From contig OY970232.1 of NCBI GenBank assembly GCA_963714115.1, forward strand, positions 3,625,997 to 3,689,996: 64,000 nt of DNA, in the 5' to 3' direction. Source of the DNA: an uncultured Solirubrobacterales bacterium (lineage in GTDB: Bacteria; Actinomycetota; Thermoleophilia; Solirubrobacterales; Solirubrobacteraceae). Below are positions 47,805-59,352 of this stretch, in pieces; positions within the stretch are counted from its first letter, which is position 1, and every line of letters begins with the position of its first letter. The translations under genes and the position numbers were made by a program. The notes under the pieces are model-generated. The model did not search any database. It saw only the letters and a list, made by a program, of their open reading frames with translations, and was not told the origin of the DNA.

Positions 47805-49436
47805 TCAGGCCCCCGCCTGGTGGGCGTGGAGGCCGCGGGCCAGCTCGCGCCGGTCGGGCTTGCCCGAGGGAAGCAGCGGCAGCTCGGGCACGACGCTGAC
47901 GCCATAGGGCACCTTGTACCCCGCGATTCCCGCCCGCGCGAAGCCGACGACGTCGCGCCCCGCGAGCCCAGCCCCGGGGCTCGGCACCACGAACGCATGG
48001 AGGGCTTCGCCCATCGCGGCGTGCGGCACGCCGATCACGCTCGCCTGGCCGACCGCGGGGTGGGTCAGCAGGAAGCTCTCGACCTCCGCGGGGAACACGT
48101 TGAAGCCGCCGACGTGGACCACTTCCTTGGCGCGTCCCGCGATCGAGAGGTTACCGGCGGCGTCGATCCCCCCGAGATCCCCGGTGCGAAACCACTCCCC
48201 GTCGAACGCCTCGTCGTGCTCGCGGGGACGGCCGTGATAGCCCAGGGTCACGTAGGGGCCGCGGACCTCGATCTCGCCCATCGCCTCATCTCCCTCGCAC
48301 GGCCTCTCCTCGCTCCCCCCCAGCGCCACATCTCGCTTGCCCGGCACCCCTCCCCCGCTCTCCCCCTCACCCACCACTCCGTGCACCTCTCTCGGCCCTC
48401 CATCCCCCTCGCCCATCCCGCCCCGCCCGCGGCGCACCACCCGGAACTCGTAGCCCGGGAGCGGACGGCCGACCGTGCGGTGGCGGACCTCCGGGGGGTC
48501 CTCGGGGCGGCAGCTGCTCGCCGCGCCGATCTCGGTCATGCCGTACACGTTGAGGATGCGCGCCTCGCGCCGGTCGAGCTCTTCGAGCACCTCCGGCGGG
48601 CAGGAGGATCCGGCGGTGAATCCGCTCCTCACGGGCAGCTCGTCGGTCGCCTTCAGCAGCCGCGCGAACAGGGCCGGCGAGCCGTGCAGCACGCGCGCCT
48701 CGTGACGGCGCAGCGCCGCCACGAGGGGCTGCAGGGAGGTCGTGGAGTCGACCAGCACCGCCTCCCCGCAGGCGGCCAGGTCGCACAGCAGGCAGGCCAG
48801 CCCGAACGCGTGCGAGCCGGGGACGACCATGACGCTCGCAGCCTGCGCGCTCTCGCCCAGCAGGCCGGCGAGGCACTGGCCCTCGGCGACGCCGAGAGCG
48901 TGTGACATCAGCGCGCCCTTCGGCTCCCCGGTGGTGCCGGAGGTGTACATGATCGCCGCCACGTCGGGGTGAAGCGGCGGCGCGGCCTCGCCGGCGGGCC
49001 AGCTCAGCTCCTGGTGGATCTCTCCGAGCTCGTCGACGACGATCCCGGTGGCCAGCGTCGGGATCAGCTCGCCGAGGGCGCCCAGCTCCCGCACGAGCGA
49101 GAACCCCCCGTGGGAGGCGAGCGATATGACCGCCGAGGGCTGCGCGTCGGCGAACACGCGCCGCAGCTCGAAGCTGCGCAGGCGGGCGCTCAACGGGACG
49201 ACGGCGGCGCCCGCGCGCCAGGCGGCGAACAGCGCGATCACGAGGGCGGGCACGTTGGGCGCGATCACCGCGACGCGCTCCCCCGAGCGCTCGCCCAAGC
49301 GCGCGGCGAGCCGGTCCACGGCAGTGTGCAGCTGGTGGTAGGTGAGCTCGACGTCGGCGTGGGCGAGGGCCGGGCGCTGGGGGCTCTGCGACACAGCCGC
49401 CTCCAGTAGAGAGCCGATCTGTGGTGGCTGCGACAT
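47805..49436 (-). CDS. Class I adenylate-forming enzyme (acyl-CoA/ACP ligase)
   Basis: YTSGTTGEPKG, YGMTE, FRTGDLG, GR.KE, GFNVFPAEVE, LPSGKPDR. Confidence 0.92.
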   Translation of the reverse strand: MSQPPQIGSLLEAAVSQSPQRPALAHADVELTYHQLHTAVDRLAARLGERSGERVAVIAPNVPALVIALFAAWRAGAAVVPLSARLRSFELRRVFADAQPSAVISLASHGGFSLVRELGALGELIPTLATGIVVDELGEIHQELSWPAGEAAPPLHPDVAAIMYTSGTTGEPKGALMSHALGVAEGQCLAGLLGESAQAASVMVVPGSHAFGLACLLCDLAACGEAVLVDSTTSLQPLVAALRRHEARVLHGSPALFARLLKATDELPVRSGFTAGSSCPPEVLEELDRREARILNVYGMTEIGAASSCRPEDPPEVRHRTVGRPLPGYEFRVVRRGRGGMGEGDGGPREVHGVVGEGESGGGVPGKRDVALGGSEERPCEGDEAMGEIEVRGPYVTLGYHGRPREHDEAFDGEWFRTGDLGGIDAAGNLSIAGRAKEVVHVGGFNVFPAEVESFLLTHPAVGQASVIGVPHAAMGEALHAFVVPSPGAGLAGRDVVGFARAGIAGYKVPYGVSVVPELPLLPSGKPDRRELARGLHAHQAGA

Positions 49437-49473
49437 GAGCAGGTGCGCCGATGCTCGCCGGGGGCTCAGGACA

Positions 49474-50730
49474 CTAGCTCATGCGCCTGAGCACGAGGGC
49501 GCTGTTGAAGCCCCCGAAGCCGCGTGCGTTGACGAGGATCGTCGAGAGCTCCCCCGCCCGCTCGGAGCCCCGCACGAAGTCGAGCTCGAAGCCCTCCGCG
49601 GGCTCCTCGAGGTTGACGATCGGGGGCAGTGTCCCGTCGCGCATGCAGAGCAGCGCCGCGGCGGTGTCCAGCGAGGCGCCGCCCGCATACATGCGCCCGA
49701 CGCCGCTTTTGGGGGCGAGCACGGGCACGCGCGCGGCGTGCTCGCCGAGGACCGCCTTGATCGCCTGCACCTCCAGCGCGTCGATCTCGGGGACGCCGAA
49801 GGCGTCGGCCACCACCGCGTCGACCTCGCCTGGCGAGATGCCGGCGTTCGCGAGCGCCACCGACATCGCCCGTGCGGACTGCGTTGCGTCCGGTGCCGGG
49901 CGGCCCCAGTGGTGGGCGTCGTTGGTGGCGCCATAGCCCAGGATCTCGCCGTAGATCTGCGGGGCCCCCCGCTCCTGGGCGCTCTGGAGGCTCTCGACCA
50001 GCAGGATCGCTCCCCCCTCGCCGGGGACGTAGCCGTTGGCGCGCGCGTCGAACGGGCGGTAGGCCGCGGCCGGATCGGACTCGGTGCTAAGGAACCCGGT
50101 GCCGAGCTGGCAGGTGAGGGCGTAGGGGCCGATCGGCGCCTCCACGCCGCCGCTCACCGCTGTCTCCACGCCCCGGCGGATCGTGCGCCGCGAGTGGGCG
50201 AGCGCCTCCAGCCCGCCGGCCCCCTCCGCGAGCACCACGCCGGAGGGGCCCTTCATGCCGTGCTTGATCGAGATCTGCCCGGTGGTGGCGGCGTAGAACC
50301 AGGCGATCGACTGGTAGGCGCCCACGAACACCGGCCCCTTCTCCCACAGCGCCTGGATTTCGCGCTGCCCAAACTCGTTGCCGCCCGAGGAGCTGGCGGT
50401 GATCACGCTCATCGAGTAGGGGTCGTGCTCGGTCGGGTCGAACTTGGCGTCGTCAAGCGCGGCCTGGGCGGCGACGAGCGCCATCCACGTCCAGCGGTCG
50501 GTCTGCTTGATCAGCCGCTGGTCCAGGTGGTCGCCGGGCTCGAAGTCCCGCACTTCGCCGGCGAGCGTCACCGGGTAGCGCGAGGGATCGAAGCGCGCGA
50601 TGCGCTCGATCCCGCTCTGCCCCGCACGCGTGGCCGACCACCACGACTCGCGATCCTGGCCGGTGGGGGCGACCACGCCGATGCCGGTGATCACTGCGCG
50701 GCGGTCTGCCGATGGGATCGTGGGGCTCAT
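49474..50730 (-). CDS. Type II PKS chain-length factor (KS-beta)
   Basis: VITGIGVVAP, SSSGGNEFGQ, QSIAWFYAATTGQISI, VPGEGGA, NARGFGGFNSA; lacks the catalytic Cys motif. Confidence 0.95.
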   Translation of the reverse strand: MSPTIPSADRRAVITGIGVVAPTGQDRESWWSATRAGQSGIERIARFDPSRYPVTLAGEVRDFEPGDHLDQRLIKQTDRWTWMALVAAQAALDDAKFDPTEHDPYSMSVITASSSGGNEFGQREIQALWEKGPVFVGAYQSIAWFYAATTGQISIKHGMKGPSGVVLAEGAGGLEALAHSRRTIRRGVETAVSGGVEAPIGPYALTCQLGTGFLSTESDPAAAYRPFDARANGYVPGEGGAILLVESLQSAQERGAPQIYGEILGYGATNDAHHWGRPAPDATQSARAMSVALANAGISPGEVDAVVADAFGVPEIDALEVQAIKAVLGEHAARVPVLAPKSGVGRMYAGGASLDTAAALLCMRDGTLPPIVNLEEPAEGFELDFVRGSERAGELSTILVNARGFGGFNSALVLRRMS

Positions 50731-50825
50731 CGCGGGTTCACGCTCCTGTCGCTGCGGTCGTCAAGCGGGCACGATGGGCCACAGTCGTGGCGCTCCGCGG
50801 GCTGGCATGGAGACTCATCGCCCGC

Positions 50826-52118
50826 TCACAGCCCCGCGTTGCGGCGCTCGCCGGGGACCGAGAAGATCATCGCCGACTGAAAGCCGCCGAAGCCGCTGCC
50901 GGTCGAGAGCGCCACGTCGATCTGCTTGCGCACCGCAACCTTGGGCGTGTAGTTCAGATCGCACTCGGGGTCGGGGTTCTCCCAGTTAGCGGTGGGCGGC
51001 ACCACGCCGCGGTCGATCGCCAACGCGCAGGTCGCCATCTCGATCGCCCCGATTCCCCCAAGCGAGTGGCCCACCATCGACTTGATCGAGCTGATCGGCA
51101 CGTTGTAGGCGTGCTCGCCAAGGGTGTTCTTGTACGCCGCGGTCTCGTGCCGGTCGTTCTGCTTGGTGCCCGACCCGTGGGCGTTGATGTAGTCGATGTC
51201 CTCCGGCTTGGTTGCGCCCTGCGCCATCGCGTCGAGGATCGCCTCGCTCATCTCGCTCGCGTCGGGCTTCAGCCCAGTCATGTGGAAGGCGTTGCCGCGG
51301 CTGGCGAAGCCGGTTACCTCGCAGTAGATGTGGGCGCCGCGCGCCAGCGCGCTCTGCATCTCCTCGAGGATCAGCACCGCCCCGCCCTCCCCCATCACGA
51401 ACCCGTCGCGGTCGCGGTCGAAGGGGCGCGAGGCGTGCTCGGCGTCGTCGTTGCGCCGCGAGGTCGCCTTGATCGGGTCGAAGCACGCCATCGAGATCGG
51501 CGAGATGCCGGACTCCGCGGCGCCCGCGATCACGATGTCGGCCTCGTCGTCCTGGATCATCTGGTGTCCATAGCCGATCGCGTCGATCCCCGAGGTGCAG
51601 CCGGTCGAGACGACCACCGAGGGCCCGTGCGCGCCGAACTTCAGCGCCACCTCGCTGGCCAGGCTGCTGGGGATCAGCCCCTGGTAGAGGAACGGGGGGG
51701 CATAGTCGGGGTCGACCAACCACTCGCGGCCGTGGTTGGAGACCGCCACGTAGCCGTCCTCGAGCACCATCGTGCCGCCCACCGCCGAGCCGAGACTGAC
51801 CCCGGTGCGATCGAGGTCGATCCTCTCGCTCTCCAGCGCGCTGTCGGTCATCGCCTCCATCGCTGCGGCGACGGCGAACTGGATGTAGCGGTCCATGCGG
51901 CGCGTCTCGTGCTCGCTGAGGCCGGCCGCCAGCGGGTCGAAGTCGCACTCGGCGGCGATCTGGGAGCGAAACCCGGAGGCGTCGAAGAACGTGATGCGAC
52001 GCGTCGCGGTGCGCCCGGCGGTGATCGCCTCCCAGAAGGAGTCGCGCGTGCTGCCACCCGGGGCGACGACGCCGACCCCGGTCACGGCCGTCCTCCTTGG
52101 AATCTGCCCGCTGCTCAT
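50826..52118 (-). CDS. Type II PKS ketosynthase (KS-alpha)
   Basis: STGCTSG (catalytic Cys), YINAHGSGT.QNDRHET, SIKSMVGHSLGG, GSGFGGFQSA. Confidence 0.96.
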   Translation of the reverse strand: MSSGQIPRRTAVTGVGVVAPGGSTRDSFWEAITAGRTATRRITFFDASGFRSQIAAECDFDPLAAGLSEHETRRMDRYIQFAVAAAMEAMTDSALESERIDLDRTGVSLGSAVGGTMVLEDGYVAVSNHGREWLVDPDYAPPFLYQGLIPSSLASEVALKFGAHGPSVVVSTGCTSGIDAIGYGHQMIQDDEADIVIAGAAESGISPISMACFDPIKATSRRNDDAEHASRPFDRDRDGFVMGEGGAVLILEEMQSALARGAHIYCEVTGFASRGNAFHMTGLKPDASEMSEAILDAMAQGATKPEDIDYINAHGSGTKQNDRHETAAYKNTLGEHAYNVPISSIKSMVGHSLGGIGAIEMATCALAIDRGVVPPTANWENPDPECDLNYTPKVAVRKQIDVALSTGSGFGGFQSAMIFSVPGERRNAGL

Positions 52119-52126
52119 CTCAGCGC

Positions 52127-52531
52127 CTACTCCGTGTCCACGTGCCCGGCGTCGGGGCGGGGCGCGAGCGGCCCGAGGTGGAAGACGATGAACGCCTCCT
52201 CCTCGCCGTCGTTGACGAGGCGGTGGCGCACGTTGATCGGTATCAGCAGCGCCTGGCGGGCCTCCAGTCTGTGGGAGGTGCCGTCCATCTGGGCGTCGAG
52301 CGCGCCGCTGACCACGAAGATGAACTCCTCCGAGTAGGGGTGGTAGTGCTCGCTGATCCGTTCGCCCGGCCCAATCGTGGCCACGCCCATGAAGCCCGAG
52401 GTCGAGCCCGCGGTCTTGGGGCTCAGCAGGGTGCGAACGTCGCCGCCGCGCCGCGTGTCGGCCGGCATCTCATCGACCAGGCGAATCTGCGGCTCGCCGG
52501 CGGGCTCGGACTGGGGCTGCTCGGAGGACAT
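52127..52531 (-). CDS. Cupin-fold polyketide cyclase (TcmJ / WhiE-II type)
   Basis: [53 protein letters not shown]. Confidence 0.93.
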   Translation of the reverse strand: MSSEQPQSEPAGEPQIRLVDEMPADTRRGGDVRTLLSPKTAGSTSGFMGVATIGPGERISEHYHPYSEEFIFVVSGALDAQMDGTSHRLEARQALLIPINVRHRLVNDGEEEAFIVFHLGPLAPRPDAGHVDTE

Positions 52532-52647
52532 GCGCTTTCCTCGTCTCTCGTTCGTGGGACCGAGCCTGGGAATCTATCCAAGAGGGGTTATGCTTGCGCT
52601 GCGCTGGCGAGCGGGAGATCGGGAGGATCGGGTTGGAAGTCGGACAG

Positions 52648-53223
52648 ATGACATCGATCGACGTGATCGCCTCGGCGCTGGGCGACGCGCAGCCCCCGCT
52701 CGGCGAGATGAGCTCTCCGGACGGGGCCCTGACGCTGCTCTTCTGCGACATCGAGGACGCCGCGGGAATCCGCGAGGAGGTCGGCGCCGAGCGTTTCTCG
52801 GAGCTGCTGCGCGACCACCGCGCGATCGTCGAGCAGGTCATCCGCCACCACGGGGGCACGGTGGCGAAGTCCCACGACGACGGTTTCATGGTCGCCTTTG
52901 ACAGCGCCCACGCGGCGCTGCGCTGCGCGATCGACCTGCAGAGCTCGCTCGCCGACCGCACCGTCCCAGGGGGCGATCGTCCGCTGCGCCTGCGCGTCGG
53001 CCTGCACACCGGGTTCGTGATCGTCACCGACGAGGAGATGTACGGGCGCAACGTCGTGCTCGGCGCCCGCATCGCCGGCTGCGCGCGGGGCGGGGAGATC
53101 ACGGTCTCCTCGACGCTGAAGGAATACACCGAGACCGACCCCAGCTTTCGCTTCGAGGAGCGCGGCGAGCACCGCTTCAAAGGGGTCCTCGGCGAACATC
53201 ATGTTTTTGCCGTCCTGCGCTGA
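52648..53223 (+). CDS. Stand-alone class III adenylate/guanylate cyclase domain protein
   Basis: PDGALTLLFCDIE, VAKSHDDGFM, LRVGLHTG, YGRNVVLGARI, VSS; start ATG 52648 or TTG 52633. Confidence 0.88.
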   Translation: MTSIDVIASALGDAQPPLGEMSSPDGALTLLFCDIEDAAGIREEVGAERFSELLRDHRAIVEQVIRHHGGTVAKSHDDGFMVAFDSAHAALRCAIDLQSSLADRTVPGGDRPLRLRVGLHTGFVIVTDEEMYGRNVVLGARIAGCARGGEITVSSTLKEYTETDPSFRFEERGEHRFKGVLGEHHVFAVLR

Positions 53224-53313
53224 GGGCGCCTGCGGCGGTGAACAGATGAACCAGGCAAGCCCACCCGGCCGTCCAGGCCGGCGGGTATCGTGGCGTGGGC
53301 ACTGAGGAGCCCT

Positions 53314-55383
53314 GTGGCGCGAAACATCTACATCACGGCGATGGGCCCGCACAGCGGCAAGTCCGTCGTGGCCCTCGGTTTCGTCGAGATGCTCTCCGCG
53401 CGCCTGCAGCGCATCGGCTTCTTCCGCCCGGTCGTCCGCAGCGCCACCGAGCCGGACCCCCAGATCGAGCTGATGCGCGATCGCTACCAGCTTCGCTCCA
53501 GCTACGCAGAGATGCACGGCCCCACAGCCGAGGAGGTGACGGGCCTGAGCGCCCACGGCGCGCACGAGGAGATCGAGAAGCGGGTCCTCGCGGCCTATCG
53601 CGAGCTCGAGCGCCAGTGCGACTTCGTGGTCTGCGAGGGCACCGACTTCGTGGGCTCCGCCCCGGCGCTCGACTTCGACCTGAACGCCAACCTCGCCAAT
53701 CAGCTCGGCTGCCCGGTGCTGGTGGTTATCAACGGGGCGGCAAGCGCCAACGTCGTCGAGGAGGTGCAGCTCGCGCGCGAGGAGCTCCAGCGCAAGGACT
53801 GCGAGCTGTTCGGCGTGATCGTCAACCGCGTCGCGCCGGACGCGGTGGAGGAGGTCGAGCGCCGGCTCGCCCCCAACACCGGCCAGGAGTGGGTCTATGT
53901 GATGCCCGAGCACGCCGAGCTGGGCTACCCGAACGTGGGCGAGATCCAGGCCGCCCTCGACGCCCGCCCGGTGCTGGCGGTGGACGGGATGCTCGAGCGC
54001 GAGGTGCGCGACGTGCGGGTGGCGGCGATGAGCGCCGAGCACTTCATCGAGGATCTCGTGGACGGCGCCCTCGTGGTGGTGCCGGCCGACCGCTCGGACA
54101 TCGTCGTGGCCTGTCTCGCCTCCACCCTCTCCCCCTCCTTCCCCGCCGTCTCCGGACTGCTCTTGACCGGCGGTTACAAGCTCTCCCCCACCGTGCGGGC
54201 ACTGCTCGAGACCTCCCCCTTCCCGGTGTTCGAGATCGACGCGCGCACGCACGTCGTCGCGGCCGCGATCTCGGGCGTGAGGCCGGTGCTGCGGGCCGAG
54301 AACGAGCAGCGCATCGCCACCGCCCTGGGCGTCTTCGAGCACAGCGTGGACAAGGTCGAGCTGCAGATGCGCTTCATGGTGGAGCGCCCCACGCGGATGA
54401 CCCCGACGATGTTCGAGTACGAGCTGATCGAGCGCGCGAAGGCGGCGCGCCGGCACATCGTGCTGCCCGAGGGCGAGGACGAGCGGGTGCTGCGGGCCGC
54501 CGACATCCTGCTGCGCCGCGGCGTGGTCGCCCTGACGGTGCTGGGCGACCCCGAGGCGGTGCGCGCCCGCGCCGCCTCGCTCGGGTTGGACCTCGACGAC
54601 GCGCGGATCGTGGACCCCCTGAGCTCACCCGAGCGCGAGCGCTACGGCGCGGTCTACCACGAGCTGCGCAAGCACAAGGGGATGACCGAGGCGCTCGCCT
54701 TCGACACCCTCGCCGACCCCACCTACTTCGGCACGATGATGGTCCACCTGGGTGAGGTCGACGGCATGGTCTCCGGTGCTGCCCACACCACCGGCGACAC
54801 GATCCGCCCCGCGTTCGAGTTCGTCAAGTCCCGCCCCGGGGTCTCGGTGGTCTCGAGCGTCTTCTTCATGTGCCTCGCCGACCGCGTGCTGGTCTACGGC
54901 GACTGCGCGGTCAACCCCAAACCCGACAGCACCCAGCTCGCGGACATCGCGATCTCCTCCGCCGACACCGCCGCGGCGTTCGGCATCGCCCCGCGGATCG
55001 CGATGCTCTCCTACGCCACCGGGGACTCCGCCAAGGGCGCCCAGGTGGACGCGGTGCGCGAGGCAACCGAGACCGTGCGCCGGCTGCGGGGGGACCTCAA
55101 GGTCGACGGGCCGATCCAGTACGACGCCGCGGTCGACGAGAGCGTCGCCAAGCTGAAGCTGCCCGACAGCGAGGTCGCGGGCAGCGCCACGGTCTTCATC
55201 TTCCCCGACCTCGACACCGGCAACGTCGCCTACAAGGCCGTGCAGCGCTCCTCCGGGGCGCTCGCCATCGGCCCCGTCCTGCAGGGACTGCGCCGGCCGG
55301 TCAACGACCTCAGCCGGGGCTGCTCGGTCACGGACATCGTCAACACGGTGGCGATCACTGCGATCCAGGCGCAGGAGGGGTGA
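53314..55383 (+). CDS. pta: Phosphate acetyltransferase (long form with BioD-like and DRTGG-like domains)
   Basis: SD gaggag + GTG; [64 protein letters not shown]. Confidence 0.95.
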   Translation: MARNIYITAMGPHSGKSVVALGFVEMLSARLQRIGFFRPVVRSATEPDPQIELMRDRYQLRSSYAEMHGPTAEEVTGLSAHGAHEEIEKRVLAAYRELERQCDFVVCEGTDFVGSAPALDFDLNANLANQLGCPVLVVINGAASANVVEEVQLAREELQRKDCELFGVIVNRVAPDAVEEVERRLAPNTGQEWVYVMPEHAELGYPNVGEIQAALDARPVLAVDGMLEREVRDVRVAAMSAEHFIEDLVDGALVVVPADRSDIVVACLASTLSPSFPAVSGLLLTGGYKLSPTVRALLETSPFPVFEIDARTHVVAAAISGVRPVLRAENEQRIATALGVFEHSVDKVELQMRFMVERPTRMTPTMFEYELIERAKAARRHIVLPEGEDERVLRAADILLRRGVVALTVLGDPEAVRARAASLGLDLDDARIVDPLSSPERERYGAVYHELRKHKGMTEALAFDTLADPTYFGTMMVHLGEVDGMVSGAAHTTGDTIRPAFEFVKSRPGVSVVSSVFFMCLADRVLVYGDCAVNPKPDSTQLADIAISSADTAAAFGIAPRIAMLSYATGDSAKGAQVDAVREATETVRRLRGDLKVDGPIQYDAAVDESVAKLKLPDSEVAGSATVFIFPDLDTGNVAYKAVQRSSGALAIGPVLQGLRRPVNDLSRGCSVTDIVNTVAITAIQAQEG

Positions 55384-55416
55384 ACATCTCTTCTTGATGC
55401 GCTATGATGCGCTGTC

Positions 55417-55713
55417 ATGGAGCGTCGACGCAGGGCACCGCATCGCGAAGGACACAGAACCACTCTCACCGTGCCCCATTCGGTCATGAACGCAGCCGAC
55501 CGACTGGCGCGAGAGCTGGGCACGACTACAAACGACGCGATCGTGCGTCTAGCGGAGGAGGGGGCCTCAGCCCGCGAGTGCCGCGAGCGGATCGCGGCAC
55601 TCGCATCGCAGCGGCATGCCGCGGTTGAGCACGTCAGCCTCGACAAAGCACTGACATTCCCCTCAGCGGATGAGTTCCGTGACGCGATGCTCGCCGGCCG
55701 CCGCGACCCTTGA
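55417..55713 (+). CDS. Probable antitoxin (ribbon-helix-helix-like)
   Basis: RTTLTVP...AADRLARELGTT.NDAIVRL; overlaps the PIN gene; TATGAT -10 8 nt upstream. Confidence 0.65.
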   Translation: MERRRRAPHREGHRTTLTVPHSVMNAADRLARELGTTTNDAIVRLAEEGASARECRERIAALASQRHAAVEHVSLDKALTFPSADEFRDAMLAGRRDP

Positions 55714-56198
55714 TCGGAGCCTGGGATACGACCCTCGTCTCCCGGCTCTACCCTGGCGGGGCGCTGGAGCGACATATGCTGGAATGCGCCCACGCGGGTG
55801 AACCTATCGCCATCACCGCGCCCACGGTGATGGAGGTCGTCCGTGGCATCCAAGCCACGGTGGCCCGCAAGCCGCACATCGCGCCGGCGCTGGCCTGGTT
55901 CGTCGCCCTCATCGCAAGTGATCTGGTCGAGATCCTGTCGCTGGACCGGCCCGCCGCAATCGTCGCTGGGCGGCTTCGCGCCCTGCATCCGACACCACCC
56001 ACCGGGGCGCGGCGAAAGGGTGTCAAGCCAGAGCAGCGCACCGGCTGGGTACTGGACATCCAGATCGCCGCCTGCGCCTGGACCCACGGCCGCCAAATCG
56101 CCACGGAGAACCTTCGCGACTTCGAAGTCCTACGCGACCTCATCGCACAGATCTACCCCGATACCTCGCCGCTTGTCGTGACCCCGCCGGTGGCCTGA
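55710..56198 (+). CDS. PIN-domain (VapC-like) toxin
   Basis: WDTT, VMEV..G, LDIQIAACA, IATENLRDF acidic PIN residues. Confidence 0.8.
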   Translation: MIGAWDTTLVSRLYPGGALERHMLECAHAGEPIAITAPTVMEVVRGIQATVARKPHIAPALAWFVALIASDLVEILSLDRPAAIVAGRLRALHPTPPTGARRKGVKPEQRTGWVLDIQIAACAWTHGRQIATENLRDFEVLRDLIAQIYPDTSPLVVTPPVA

Positions 56199-56492
56199 CC
56201 CAACGGACTTCGCGTGGTGCGGTGTCGGGGCTGGTTGACGCGCTGATGGCCAGCAGTAGCGCGCCTTCCGCCAAGCAGTGGCCCATTCGAGTCAATGACT
56301 TAACGATCCATTATCATGGATAGTCTGATATATTAGATGCGAATCTCTGGTTGGCTTCTGGTGTGGCTATGCGTCTGGCGGCCAGCGGGAGGCTGAGAAG
56401 TACGACATAGCCGGTGTCGTGAGGTCTTTGCGTTTTGAAGACGGGCCTCACGGTTCGGCAACCGACCTTCCATGGGAAAGGAGCAGTACGAC

Positions 56493-58995
<2,503 letters not shown>

Positions 58996-59060
58996 GCGGG
59001 TGGGTGGACATCGGCCCAATCGGGGGCCAATCGGTGCTACACGGTGCTACACTGAGTCCA

Positions 59061-59351
59061 ATGCCGACTACGCTCCAACGTCATACGATCACCGAGACGC
59101 AGCCTGTCCGGGAGGCGCTCGATGACTTGCGTGCGAGGCTGAACGGTGAACGGATCGACTACGCCGAGCTGGTAATCCTGGGTGCCCGCGCGAAGGCGCG
59201 CCGGCTGCCCGATCGGGGGGAGACCGAGGAGGCCAGGAGGGCTCGTAAGGAGCTCGCTGAATGGATCCGCAACGGCAATCCAGACATGGTTGACGTCGCG
59301 GCAGCCGATGAGGTCAAGCATCTCGGTCTGATCGCCGACTACGACGAGTAG
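59061..59351 (+). CDS. Probable antitoxin
   Basis: MPTTLQRHTITET..V.EALD; directly upstream of a PIN gene; TACACT -10 7 nt upstream. Confidence 0.7.
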   Translation: MPTTLQRHTITETQPVREALDDLRARLNGERIDYAELVILGARAKARRLPDRGETEEARRARKELAEWIRNGNPDMVDVAAADEVKHLGLIADYDE

Positions 59352-59352
59352 C

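Larger units (their letters stand above)
15535..55383. other. Type II (aromatic) polyketide biosynthetic gene cluster, approximate extent xfp to pta
   Basis: KS, CLF, ACP, SRPBCC, TcmI-like and cupin cyclases, SchA/CurD, ABMs, halogenase, oxidoreductases, ACC, FabD, exporters. The borders are inferred. Confidence 0.85.

Noticed and set aside
49474-50730. Missing catalytic Cys in the second KS-like gene as a sign of pseudogenisation
   Set aside because: Normal for a chain-length factor.
45911-53223. Pycsar/CBASS-like anti-phage system (class III cyclase + cNMP-patatin)
   Set aside because: The two genes are 5 kb apart on opposite strands, the patatin is embedded in the PKS gene run, and no CD-NTase is present. 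Not called as a defence system, though a phage-triggered role cannot be excluded without experiments.
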